From positions 93,442 to 157,441 of the forward strand of contig CAWHHD010000004.1 of the NCBI GenBank assembly GCA_963829125.1: a stretch of DNA of 64,000 nucleotides, given 5' to 3'. The notes under the pieces were generated by a model. That model worked only from the letters and a program-made list of their open reading frames with translations, searched no databases and had not been told where the DNA came from. Source of the DNA: an uncultured Methanobacteriaceae archaeon. Lineage in GTDB: Archaea > Methanobacteriota > Methanobacteria > Methanobacteriales > Methanobacteriaceae. Positions 1 to 9,598 of this stretch are shown here, in pieces. Position numbers and translations under genes: made by a program. The stretch's first letter is position 1; each line of letters opens with the position of its first letter.

Positions 1-99
1 TAAAAACTCAGTAAAAATAATTAATTTCATTTGAATAGTAATCTAATTTATTAGAAAATTAATAATTTTAATTAAAAAAATAAAAATAATCAAAAGGAA

Positions 100-1611
100 T
101 CACAAGATTCCTTTAGATCTCATTGGTGCTTCTAAACCGGCCATTTTTACTCCGGTAAGTACTGATGACTCTACAGTCAGAGCCCTCAGATCATCTTTTT
201 CAAGTTTTAGTACGTCAGTGTTGCCTGCCTGTTGGGTGAGCATGACTGCTTCTTCAGTCATGGTTTCTATATACCGTGCAACTCTTTTTCCACCTTCCAT
301 GTAATCTAAACGTCTTCGGAGTTGAGGGTCTTGAGTAGCAATACCCTTTCTGCATGTACCTGCAAAGCACATTTGACAGACCCTGCAACCAATTGATACA
401 AGTGCAGCTGTTGCTATATAAACTGCGTCAGCTCCGAGAGCTATGGCTTTTGCAACATCGGCTCCATTTCTAATACCCCCACCTGCAACTAAATTTACCT
501 TTTCACGGAGATTAATTTGTTTTAAAGCTTCATCTGCTTCTACAATGGCTGCTATGGTGGGTACCCCTGAGTGTTCAGTTACAACGTCCGGACCAGCACC
601 TGTTCCTCCCTGCATTCCGTCAACAACTATTATGTCGGCTCCTGCTTTGGCTGCAATCTTCACATCATCGCTGACACGGCCAGATGTGAATTTAACAATG
701 ATTGGAATTTTCCAGTCGGTTATTTCACGCAGCTGGGATATTTTCATCGAAAGATCTTCTGGTCCTACAATATCCATGTGACGTGCAGGACTTAGGGCAT
801 CTGTTCCTTCTGGTATCATTCTGATACGTGAAACATCTGCTGTTACCTTCTCTCCCAATAGATGACCTCCCATACCTGATTTAGCGCCTTGACCTATTTT
901 TATCTCAACAGCCTCTGAATTATTTAGGTATTTGGCAGATACACCGAACCGTCCTGATGCATATTGAGCAATGAGTTTAGAAGCATATCTTCTTTCTTCA
1001 GGGAGCATTCCACCTTCGCCGGTGTTTGTTGCGGTACCTGCTAAAGTAGCACCCATTGCAAGGGCTATCTTGGCCTCTTTACTCAAGGCTCCGAAGGACA
1101 TAGCGGCTATCATAATTGGAGTGTCCAAAACTAATGGGTTCTCTGCATATCTAGCACCTAGTGTAACTTTTGTATTACAAGGTTCCCTGTATTTATCTAT
1201 TGGTGGCCTTGAAACCTGAGCTGGTATAATAACAAGGTCATCAAATGTTGGTATGACCCTTGTGGCTCCACAACCTCTAACCTTGTAGGATCCTTCTGTT
1301 GATTTTCTTCCTATTTCAACTATGTCACTCAATGACCATACATTCCTTCTGTCTTCTGGAACAGCATTGACTTCTATTGCATTATTTGGACACATTTCTT
1401 CACAGATCCTGCATCCAACACAATTTTCATGATGAAGCGGATATGGTTCGTCGTCGATTATTTCGTAGACATCATGGGGACAATTGTTGACGCAGGAGTA
1501 ACAGTTTTTACACAGTTCTTCGTCCCTGTTATCGCACATGTACCAGCAGCATCCTGGTCTATCGAAATTTCTCCTGCAGAGATTCTGATCCCTTTCAACT
1601 TTAAATGGCAA
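100..1611 (-). CDS. gltB: Archaeal glutamate synthase, FMN-binding (GltB domain 2) subunit with N-terminal 2x[4Fe-4S] ferredoxin
   Basis: Motifs AAMSFGALS, NTGEGG, EIKIGQGAKSG, DGMQGGTGA, CRVCQMCFAGTC (3Fe-4S); N-terminal CxxCxxCxxxC pairs; TTG start behind GGAGG. Confidence 0.93.
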   Translation of the reverse strand: MPFKVERDQNLCRRNFDRPGCCWYMCDNRDEELCKNCYSCVNNCPHDVYEIIDDEPYPLHHENCVGCRICEEMCPNNAIEVNAVPEDRRNVWSLSDIVEIGRKSTEGSYKVRGCGATRVIPTFDDLVIIPAQVSRPPIDKYREPCNTKVTLGARYAENPLVLDTPIMIAAMSFGALSKEAKIALAMGATLAGTATNTGEGGMLPEERRYASKLIAQYASGRFGVSAKYLNNSEAVEIKIGQGAKSGMGGHLLGEKVTADVSRIRMIPEGTDALSPARHMDIVGPEDLSMKISQLREITDWKIPIIVKFTSGRVSDDVKIAAKAGADIIVVDGMQGGTGAGPDVVTEHSGVPTIAAIVEADEALKQINLREKVNLVAGGGIRNGADVAKAIALGADAVYIATAALVSIGCRVCQMCFAGTCRKGIATQDPQLRRRLDYMEGGKRVARYIETMTEEAVMLTQQAGNTDVLKLEKDDLRALTVESSVLTGVKMAGLEAPMRSKGIL

Positions 1612-2727
1612 TTAAACTCCTCCATTTCCCTTATTCAATTCCTTAAGTGGGGTGAAAACAGTACATGCTGCGTATTTTGTTCCAGCAGCATTCAGAACAT
1701 CAGCAACATTTTTTGTAAGTTTTGATTCGGGTTTCCAAGCTTCAGAAGAACTTTTATCGACTACAACAACATCATCAACAAGTTTTTTGGATAATGCATA
1801 GTTTAATAGTGCTGTTGCAACTCCTCCATCTTGACCTTTCAACATGGGGGCTTTCGCAGATATTATCTTTATGTAATCACCTAGGGGTTTCTTATCGGCA
1901 TCTTTGCTTAAAATATCATCAGGTATGTATGTTCTAGGGCATGCAACATAACAGAGGTTACATCCTTCTGGACAGCTGCCCTTTACCTGAGGTTTTCTAT
2001 CTTCAATTTTAACTATTCCCTCAGGACACACATAGTCACATGCTCCGCAGAGCACGCAGGCACCAATGTCGATAACATCGCCTTTGAGGTCTTTAAACTG
2101 GCATTTTGAAACTTCTTCAGTGAATTCTGAAATTGGCATCTGTCTCCTGTAAATAACAGGTCTTCCCACCCTTTCTCTCTTAGTTATCTCACTTAGATTT
2201 TCCTTTTTCTTCTTGTTCGCTAAATTTTTAATTAATTTAAGTCCAGATTCTTCAAGAGGTTTTGTTTGTATATAATTATCATTTTCTGCGTTTTTTACTA
2301 GATCAAAACCTTTATCAGTCCTAATTATAACAGTTGACCATCCTTCTTGGGAGCCAACAGAACCAACCGATAAATCTGAAAGTTCTGATGTGAAATCCAT
2401 GCATACATTGCAGTTTTTACGTACACACGATTTAGCTTTTCCTATCGGTATTTTAAAAACTTTATCCTCTTTTAAGTAGAACCATAAGGAGTTTTTTTCG
2501 ATCCTGCATTCTTTAACATCGTTCATATCAATGTTATTTTCTTCTAGGAGTTTTTTCATGTAACTATATGAGAAGTTTTCCATGCAGAAGAGTCCAATTT
2601 TAATATCAATGGGAGATTCTCCCAAAATATCAGAGAACCTGTCTAACTTGCTTGCTGCAACCATATGGCAAGGTGTACCTATTAATGCCACCTTTTCTTG
2701 TTTTGTGGTTGTTTCTCCCATCATCAT
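1612..2727 (-). CDS. F420-binding FrhB/FdhB-like subunit, circularly permuted (C-domain, ferredoxin, N-domain); probable F420H2-oxidising subunit of glutamate synthase
   Basis: N-term VALIGTPC...IGLFCMENF...C..C.DFTSELSDLSVGSVGS (FrhB C-domain); CVLCGACDYVCP/CNLCYVACP; C-term GQDGGVATALL...WKP...AAGTKY (FrhB N-domain); embedded in glt operon. Confidence 0.85.
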   Translation of the reverse strand: MMMGETTTKQEKVALIGTPCHMVAASKLDRFSDILGESPIDIKIGLFCMENFSYSYMKKLLEENNIDMNDVKECRIEKNSLWFYLKEDKVFKIPIGKAKSCVRKNCNVCMDFTSELSDLSVGSVGSQEGWSTVIIRTDKGFDLVKNAENDNYIQTKPLEESGLKLIKNLANKKKKENLSEITKRERVGRPVIYRRQMPISEFTEEVSKCQFKDLKGDVIDIGACVLCGACDYVCPEGIVKIEDRKPQVKGSCPEGCNLCYVACPRTYIPDDILSKDADKKPLGDYIKIISAKAPMLKGQDGGVATALLNYALSKKLVDDVVVVDKSSSEAWKPESKLTKNVADVLNAAGTKYAACTVFTPLKELNKGNGGV

Positions 2728-3413
2728 CCCTCCTCTGACTCTTTGCCGTAGAATGGTCTGTTAGATCTTGGAACTATTTTTTTAAAGGAATCATATTCCT
2801 TATCTTCAAGATTGAAACCATATTTTGGTAGTAGATCCTTGAGTTCTGTTTTATCAATGTTATTTATTTCTTCAACCTTGGCGTTTTTACCCAAGCTTTT
2901 TATATTTCCACGAACGTATATTGTTCCTCTAATTATGGATTCACCAGCATCATCTGAAATGTCTCCTAGGATAATTATACGTCCCCCCATCATGAATAAG
3001 CCGCTCATAAACCCAGAATTTCCACCAACAATAATGGTGCCGTTTTTCATTATTTCCCCAGTTCTTGAGCCTACATCCCGTTTCACAACTACTGTTCCAC
3101 CATATATTCCCTGTCCAACACCATCGCCTGCGGATCCGTCAATAACAACTTCACCTTCTGTCATATTATCGGCTGGAAACCATCCGGCATTCTCTTTAAT
3201 GTGTATTTTTGCTCCATGTATCATGGTGCCGACAAAATATCCTGCAGATCCGTCTATAACCAGTTCAACAGGGTCAACAAGCCCTGCAGCAATGTAGTGC
3301 ATTGCATTTGGATTTTTAATAGTTATCTTGTTGTATTCTGTTGCAGCCTTTCTTATGGCACGGTTTACTTCCCTTGGTGGTTGGTGTTCAGCATTGATTA
3401 TAAATTCACTCAT
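2724..3413 (-). CDS. Glutamate synthase GXGXG (GltB domain 3) subunit
   Basis: Repeated GxxGxxMxGG beta-helix motifs; operon context; ATG at 3413 after AGGTGA. Confidence 0.88.
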   Translation of the reverse strand: MSEFIINAEHQPPREVNRAIRKAATEYNKITIKNPNAMHYIAAGLVDPVELVIDGSAGYFVGTMIHGAKIHIKENAGWFPADNMTEGEVVIDGSAGDGVGQGIYGGTVVVKRDVGSRTGEIMKNGTIIVGGNSGFMSGLFMMGGRIIILGDISDDAGESIIRGTIYVRGNIKSLGKNAKVEEINNIDKTELKDLLPKYGFNLEDKEYDSFKKIVPRSNRPFYGKESEEG

Positions 3414-3471
3414 TGTAATCACCTAATTTTTTACCAATTTCCTGTAAATGTCCTATCAATTCGTTAATAAT

Positions 3472-4389
3472 TTAAATTGTGTAAGATCGTGTTTCTCCAG
3501 GTGATATCTGGTCTATATCATGTGTATCCATTACTTCACGTAGAGAAACTTCCTCTGAGGCTATTGCAAAGATTTCGTTGTTTTCAGCCATTACTCCGGG
3601 TCTGAGACCCAGCTGATCCTTTGCAATACCAACACCATCAGGAGTTCCCACAATATATGAGAATGGTCCATCCATGTCTTTAACAGACTGTTCGAGTGCT
3701 TCTTCAAGTTTATATCCTTCAGATAATTTGTCTGCTATGTAATGTACAATACACTCAGTATCGTTGTTGGTTTCGAATATATGACCTTTACGTTCAAGTG
3801 GGTCCCTTATTTTCCAGTAATTGGTTATCTGGCCGTTGTGTACCACAGTTATGTCTGGTATAATGTAACTTTGAAATGGGTGTGCATGGTATCTATCAAC
3901 CAGACTTTCGGTTGAAAACCTTGTGTGACCAATGCCGTGTGTTCCCATTTTCGATCTTGTATCATATCTTGATGCTATATCTTTTACTAGGCCCACATCT
4001 TTTATCATCTCAAATGAATGAGCCCCGTTTAGTACTATAACATCGTCAATTTTGTCAATATCCATTATAAGTGGTTTTAACTCTGAAAAAGAGCTTAATC
4101 CAATTTTACATCTGTATATAATGTAATTCTCAACTGATGGGATTATTTCTTCTTTTTTTATTGGCGTTGCCATGTTCACCGTATTTTTTACGGATTCAAG
4201 AAGACCTGATTTTTCTTTGACTTCGATGTTTAGGAGATACTCATTTTCTTCCAATCCGAGACCTCCATATATTGCGAAACCAGCAGAATCTGGTCCTCTA
4301 TGTTGTAATGCATTTAACATCTTTGTTAATGCATCTCCTACTGGGTGAAGTTTTCTGTCTTTAAATACAACTCCTGCTATTCCACACAC
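3472..4389 (-). CDS. Glutamate synthase class II glutamine amidotransferase (GltB domain 1) subunit
   Basis: N-terminal MCGIAG (Ntn Cys), QHRGPDSAG, GHTRFST, HNGQITN, LGLRP. Confidence 0.9.
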   Translation of the reverse strand: MCGIAGVVFKDRKLHPVGDALTKMLNALQHRGPDSAGFAIYGGLGLEENEYLLNIEVKEKSGLLESVKNTVNMATPIKKEEIIPSVENYIIYRCKIGLSSFSELKPLIMDIDKIDDVIVLNGAHSFEMIKDVGLVKDIASRYDTRSKMGTHGIGHTRFSTESLVDRYHAHPFQSYIIPDITVVHNGQITNYWKIRDPLERKGHIFETNNDTECIVHYIADKLSEGYKLEEALEQSVKDMDGPFSYIVGTPDGVGIAKDQLGLRPGVMAENNEIFAIASEEVSLREVMDTHDIDQISPGETRSYTI

Positions 4390-4952
4390 TTCAATACCTC
4401 CTTAATGAAGTACTCATGAATTCTTGTATCATCTGTGAGCTCGGGATGAAAAGCAGTGGCAACATATTTTCCAGAAGCCAGCGCAATTATTTTATCCCTG
4501 ATTTTTGCTAGTACGACTCCATCTTTTAATTCTTCAACGTAGGGTGCTCTTATAAACACTCCCTTATATTTGCTGCCGAAAATTTCAATTTCCTCTTCAA
4601 ATGACGCTTTTTGTCGACCGAATCCATTTCTTCTGACTTTCATATCGATTAGTCCTAATAATGGTTGTTCGTAGTCTGTTTCTGTTGCAAGGAGCACTAA
4701 TCCCGCACATGTTCCCATTACTGGAATATTTTGATCAATTATTGCATTTTTCATTCCAGTTTTGTCCATGAGCTTGCCAATAACTGTGCTCTCTCCTCCA
4801 GAGATTATTAGTCCATCGCATTTTGAAAGATCTGAAATTGTTTTTACCCTTAAAACATCTGATTCGATATCCATTTTTTGCAGTGCTTTTTTAACGGCTT
4901 CAAAATGTTCTGAAACATCTCCTTGTAAGTCTAAAATTCCTATACTTATCAT
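4377..4952 (-). CDS. pdxT: Pyridoxal 5'-phosphate synthase glutaminase subunit
   Basis: GILDLQGDVSEH, GGEST, GTCAG, FIRAP, FHPEL; true start placed at ATG 4952. Confidence 0.95.
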   Translation of the reverse strand: MISIGILDLQGDVSEHFEAVKKALQKMDIESDVLRVKTISDLSKCDGLIISGGESTVIGKLMDKTGMKNAIIDQNIPVMGTCAGLVLLATETDYEQPLLGLIDMKVRRNGFGRQKASFEEEIEIFGSKYKGVFIRAPYVEELKDGVVLAKIRDKIIALASGKYVATAFHPELTDDTRIHEYFIKEVLKCVE

Positions 4953-5053
4953 TTGATTTCCATCTCTTTTAAGAAAGCTATTTATGTCTTTTATATTACT
5001 CTGACCACTTTGTAAGGTGATCTTATTTGATGGATATATCATATAAATTTACC

Positions 5054-5067
5054 GGAATAGATTTGCC
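5054..5067. promoter_or_regulatory. Candidate NrpR-type nitrogen operator (GGAA-N6-TGCC, one mismatch to GGAA-N6-TTCC)
   Basis: GGAATAGATTTGCC, ~100 bp upstream of the pdxT-glt operon start. Confidence 0.4.
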
Positions 5068-5346
5068 GAAAAGCCGACCTTTAAACCTGTAATTTGAAAT
5101 ATAACTTTTTTATGGAATATTTTTTATACAATGTTCAGAATTTAGACTATGATAGGATGTATAACTGAACACTTATATAAACTTTTTTAAAACCACTTTT
5201 GAACTTTTCAATAATAATATCATAATTAATATAATATATATAAATAGTATTATCAAATATTTTTGCATATGTGGCATAAAGTTAAATAAATGGGAAGTTT
5301 TAAATTTTGTAAAAAATAATTAGCATCAATAGGAGGATTCAATCTA

Positions 5347-5610
5347 ATGGAAGAAAAAATCGTTATTTTGATTGTTGTTTTGGTTGCTCTGGCAGGGATT
5401 GGTGGTTACATTGTTGGTTTGTACCAGGGTTCTGGGAATGTTTCAATAAATGTGTCCAACAACTCTACTGGAAACATATCAAATGGAACCGCAATCCATA
5501 AAACAACAACAACAACAAATGTATCAACACCAGTGCAACAAAATGCATCTAAAAAAACTAATTCAACCTCTAATAAGACCAGTAATAAAACCAGTGCAAC
5601 AAATCCTTGA
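5347..5610 (+). CDS. Small membrane-anchored Asn/Thr/Ser-rich surface protein
   Basis: AGGAGG RBS, N-terminal hydrophobic helix, low-complexity tail with 11 N-X-S/T sequons. Confidence 0.75.
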   Translation: MEEKIVILIVVLVALAGIGGYIVGLYQGSGNVSINVSNNSTGNISNGTAIHKTTTTTNVSTPVQQNASKKTNSTSNKTSNKTSATNP

Positions 5611-5704
5611 ATTAAATCTTGTTACTGTTTTAGAAGTTTTATTAAATCAATTTTTATTTATTTTTTCTAATCAATCAATAAAAAATTAGTATTATATTAA
5701 AATA

Positions 5705-6661
5705 TTATGGAATATCATAATTAATGGCTTTAATCACTGAATCTGTTTCACTTTTAACTGTTTCAGCTGCTTTTAAAAATGCTTTTCTTTCCCTTTCAGT
5801 CATAATGATTGGAATTATCCTTTCTATACCACCTATTCCGAGTTTAACAGGAACACCCAAACAAACATCTGCTACGCCCTCTATCTCACCATTTAAGAAA
5901 GCGCTAACGGTTAATATCTTTTTTTCATCGTTTAACACAATTGTGACAATATTGGAGATTGCAAAGGCAGGTCCATACTCTGTGGCTCCCTTCTTTTTAA
6001 TGACGTAGTTTCCAGCATTTTTAACCTTCTCAACTGTTCGGTCCATATCAAAATCATCATAGCCCTTGAAATATTTGAGTAATATTCCACCTATTGAAGT
6101 AGAGCTCATGATCGGTACCATGTTATCCCCATGCTCACCCATCACCCTGGTGTGTATCTCGCTGACATGAATGTTGAAGTGTTGGGATATAAGATTTTTA
6201 AGTCTTAGAGAATCGAGGTGGTTTCCAAGGCCGAAAACCTTGTTTTTATCGAATCCAGATGCTTTTAAAGCTACAAAAGTCATTATATCTACGGGATTGG
6301 TGACAACGAGTATTATAGAATCTGGGGCAAATTTTGCTATTGCTCTAGAGTATTCAGCCACGATCTTGGCATTGGGAATAGCAACATCCATCCTGGACAT
6401 ACCTGAACTTCTTGGCTTTCCTGCACTTAGAACAATTACATCTGATCCTTTAACATCTTCAAAATCATAAGATGCTGTTATCTTTACATTAACATCCTTG
6501 GCTGCCAAGGCATCATACATATCCAGTGCTTCTCCTTCAACCTTATCTATGCTTTCTTTACGTGATATGAGCACCAGATCATTCACCGCATTTTCTTCAG
6601 CTAGAGAAAATGCTGTTGCTTTTCCTACTCTTCCAGATGCTCCAATTACACTAACTTTCAA
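5705..6661 (-). CDS. mdh: Malate dehydrogenase (LDH/MDH family)
   Basis: IGASGRVG Rossmann motif, SRMD, VTNPVD, LDSLR, MGEHGD, KKGATEYGPA. Confidence 0.88.
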   Translation of the reverse strand: MKVSVIGASGRVGKATAFSLAEENAVNDLVLISRKESIDKVEGEALDMYDALAAKDVNVKITASYDFEDVKGSDVIVLSAGKPRSSGMSRMDVAIPNAKIVAEYSRAIAKFAPDSIILVVTNPVDIMTFVALKASGFDKNKVFGLGNHLDSLRLKNLISQHFNIHVSEIHTRVMGEHGDNMVPIMSSTSIGGILLKYFKGYDDFDMDRTVEKVKNAGNYVIKKKGATEYGPAFAISNIVTIVLNDEKKILTVSAFLNGEIEGVADVCLGVPVKLGIGGIERIIPIIMTERERKAFLKAAETVKSETDSVIKAINYDIP

Positions 6662-6836
6662 TATGAATACCCCCTAAACCTATGATACTTTGTTTAAGTT
6701 GATTATTAATGATTAAAATTTTTGATCACTCTCTAAGAATCAAGTTAACTCAGAAAGCTAAATTGACCGGTTAACTATCATAAATTATTTTATATAAGTA
6801 AATAACTATCCCTAGTTGAATTATATAATAATCCAA

Positions 6837-7397
6837 TTACTCTAGTTGGTTTAAAAATTTCTCAGCAACTCTCCTCACATAACTGCTTTTATCATTTAAA
6901 GCTTTTTTTAAAGGTTCTATTGCTCTTTCATCCCCAATATTACCAAGTGCCCAAACTGCACCGCCTCTAACAAAACCACTTTCATCATCCACAACATCAA
7001 TTAATGGTCCTACAGCTTTTTTATTAGCTATTTTACCTAGAGCCCAGGCAGCACCGCCCCTAACACGCCAATCATCATCTTTTAAGGTCATAATAAGGGC
7101 ATCAAGTGCAGAATCACCCATATTTCCCAGAGCTGTTGAAGCTTCTCTTCTAACCCATTTGTTTGGATCTTTAAGTGAACCAACGAGAACATCTATTGCT
7201 CTCTCATCACCTATGTTCCCAAGTACACGAATTGACCCTTTCCTGACTTCTTTATCATTATCCTCTGCAGCAACTATTAAAAGCTCTACAGCAGGTTCAC
7301 CAATTTCTTCGAGTAGTCCTACGGCTTGTGCTTGAACAAGTTCGTCATCATCCTTCAGTGTCTGAATCAGTCTTTCAATATTTGCTTCACGTTCCAT
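6837..7397 (-). CDS. HEAT (PBS-lyase-type) repeat protein
   Basis: ~31-aa repeats L.D.D..VR..AA.ALG.IGD.RAI..L. Confidence 0.9.
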   Translation of the reverse strand: MEREANIERLIQTLKDDDELVQAQAVGLLEEIGEPAVELLIVAAEDNDKEVRKGSIRVLGNIGDERAIDVLVGSLKDPNKWVRREASTALGNMGDSALDALIMTLKDDDWRVRGGAAWALGKIANKKAVGPLIDVVDDESGFVRGGAVWALGNIGDERAIEPLKKALNDKSSYVRRVAEKFLNQLE

Positions 7398-7559
7398 TTA
7401 TACCACCATAATTATAAATCTACATTTGAATATCCAATGTATTTCGAAAATAACTCTATTTAAAATAACACTTTTTCATACTTTATTAAATCATTTTTCC
7501 ATGAAAATCTTATCTTAATGAGGGATAACACATATATTCTTCTTGTATGATAAACAATC

Positions 7560-8006
7560 CCAAGATTACTGACGTTGAAAAAATGCCACTTTTTATTTTT
7601 TGTAATTGGTAGAGTCTAGCTCTATTAGTATTATATTGTATGGCATTTCTTTGAATAAATATATTTCTTTCACTGGTAAGAATTTGGAAGAAGTAATAGA
7701 TGAAGTCGAACTTGAGGAAGATAAGGTATCAGAATGAGAAAAAGAAAACTCAAAAGATACCTTAGTGGTTTCAAACGATCACTTGAAGATAAAGGACTGG
7801 GAAAAAATACAATAACCAATACGATGACTCAAGTTAAAAGTTTTTATAAGCTCATGGAATTAATGTTACCAGTTGAACCTAGACGTAAAAGTCATAAAGA
7901 CCGTATAATTGAATCCTATGATGATACCTACTATGAAAGAAATTGTAACTTTCTTAGATTTTGGTTCCATGTTTATAAAGCCGAGATCTCTAACATAACC
8001 CGCTAA
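7560..8006 (+). pseudogene. Decayed tyrosine recombinase/integrase (N-terminal part only)
   Basis: Joining frames gives ...SLNKYISFTGKNLEEVIDEVELEED/GIRMRKRKLKRYLSGFKRSLEDKGLGKNTITNTMTQVKSFYK, resembling N-terminal domains of methanobacterial integrases; stops and frameshifts; no catalytic C-terminal domain. Confidence 0.6.
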
Positions 8007-8367
8007 GATGATGTATTTACCATTTTTTATGAAATAATAGGTTTTTAAGCCTATACCAATATCGCTATTTTTAATTTAAACCATCATAGGGAGTATTATA
8101 CTTATAAGCAAAGTCCTATGTCGATATTGATTGTAAGCCAACTCTTGTTTGTGACAATTTTCACATCTCAATAGAAAAATTATATCGTTAAGTGATTAAA
8201 GCATAATTATTTGTAAAAGATTTTTTATGTATTATTCCGTTTATTTCAGAGGTTTTTATTTTATTAAATAAATTTATGGGGATGATATACTTTAAAATAA
8301 GATATGTGGGTTTCAATGCTACGAAATAACATATAATCATGATTGTTGTTTTGAAGGGGTGAAAACT

Positions 8368-8541
8368 ATGGAGATTTTAAAAGACGACGGTGGGCAAGGA
8401 GCAGCAGAATATATTCTTTTATTCGGTGGTGTGATTGTTATTGCAGTAGCAGCACTGTTGATATACAGAGCATACTTTACTGGATCTTCTGGTCTAAACG
8501 CTTCGGCAGATGTAAATAGTGTAAGGGGAAGTATAACTTAA
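8368..8541 (+). CDS. Short class III signal peptide (type IV-like) pilin 1
   Basis: [21 protein letters not shown]: Q at +1, E at +5, then hydrophobic helix; GAAGGGGTG RBS; 48-aa predicted mature peptide. Confidence 0.85.
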   Translation: MEILKDDGGQGAAEYILLFGGVIVIAVAALLIYRAYFTGSSGLNASADVNSVRGSIT

Positions 8542-8769
8542 TTAAGCCTTGAATTAAAATTGGGAAATTTATTATGGGATGAATTTTAATATCTCTTTAT
8601 TTCCCTATCAAACATTACAAATTAATATTAAGATATAATTTATAGAATGAAATTTACTTTCTTGTGAATATTGGAATGATTATCAGAATAAAAATAAAAT
8701 GATTATTTTAATGGTTTTTATGCAAATTGTGAAAATCATGTTACAAAAATAATCCGATATCGGGGGCAA

Positions 8770-8961
8770 ATGATGAATTTTCTTGATGATGAATCTGCAC
8801 AAGGAGCAGCAGAATATATTCTTTTATTTGGTGGAATTATAGTTATAGCAATAGTTGCAATCGTAATTTACAGGAAATATTTTACTAAAACTGGACTTAA
8901 AGCATCCCAAGACATTAACAAACTCAGAGCTAGTATAAACAAACCTATAAAAGTGAGATAA
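8770..8961 (+). CDS. Short class III signal peptide (type IV-like) pilin 2
   Basis: [19 protein letters not shown], paralogue of pilin 1; 53-aa predicted mature peptide. Confidence 0.85.
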   Translation: MMNFLDDESAQGAAEYILLFGGIIVIAIVAIVIYRKYFTKTGLKASQDINKLRASINKPIKVR

Positions 8962-9598
8962 TAATTTAATACATTTTTCAAGGTATTAACAACACATATG
9001 GGTCAAAAAGATGTAATAATAATCTATAGATTAAAATATCAAATCTAAAAAAAGTATCTCTAAGATTAACAGTCTTTTCAGAACTATTGATTTATATTTA
9101 ACAAGTTGATATATCCAATAGAGTATATTATAGAAATTTTCAACATAAAATGTAAGTTTTTATTCAAACTTAAATAATATTTTTAGAGAATATAAATGGG
9201 ATTAATGACCTTTTTATTGGAAAATACTCTAGAAAATCTATTTCGATAATGTTGTTCAGATCCTTACTTCGTTATAGTGACCGAAAACGAAGTTTATTGA
9301 AAATTTTATTTTATTTTATATATGAATTTGATAATTTATTAAAACCAATTTTAGTTTCTTTGGAGAATTACATGGTCAAAGCTGATTTAGAATTAAAATT
9401 AAGAATTGATTAAAAGAGAAATTAGTATTATCTTTTTTATACTTTTGAAGAAAAGTTTAATAAATTAATTTTAAACACAGAATATATTAATAATATCAAA
9501 GTACAATATATTGTATTAAGCTGTTTTATGCTGAATTAGATTGTGAATATGAAATAATAATTTTTTCAAATAGTTGAGTTAAAAAGGAGTTTAATAAT

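Noticed and set aside
8090-8175. Minus-strand LRCENCHKQE peptide resembling an HNH/Zn-finger end
   Set aside because: Too short, no start or surrounding frame; could be chance
9190-9415. Open frame of ~70 codons in the island spacer
   Set aside because: No convincing start/RBS or family resemblance; expected by chance in AT-rich DNA
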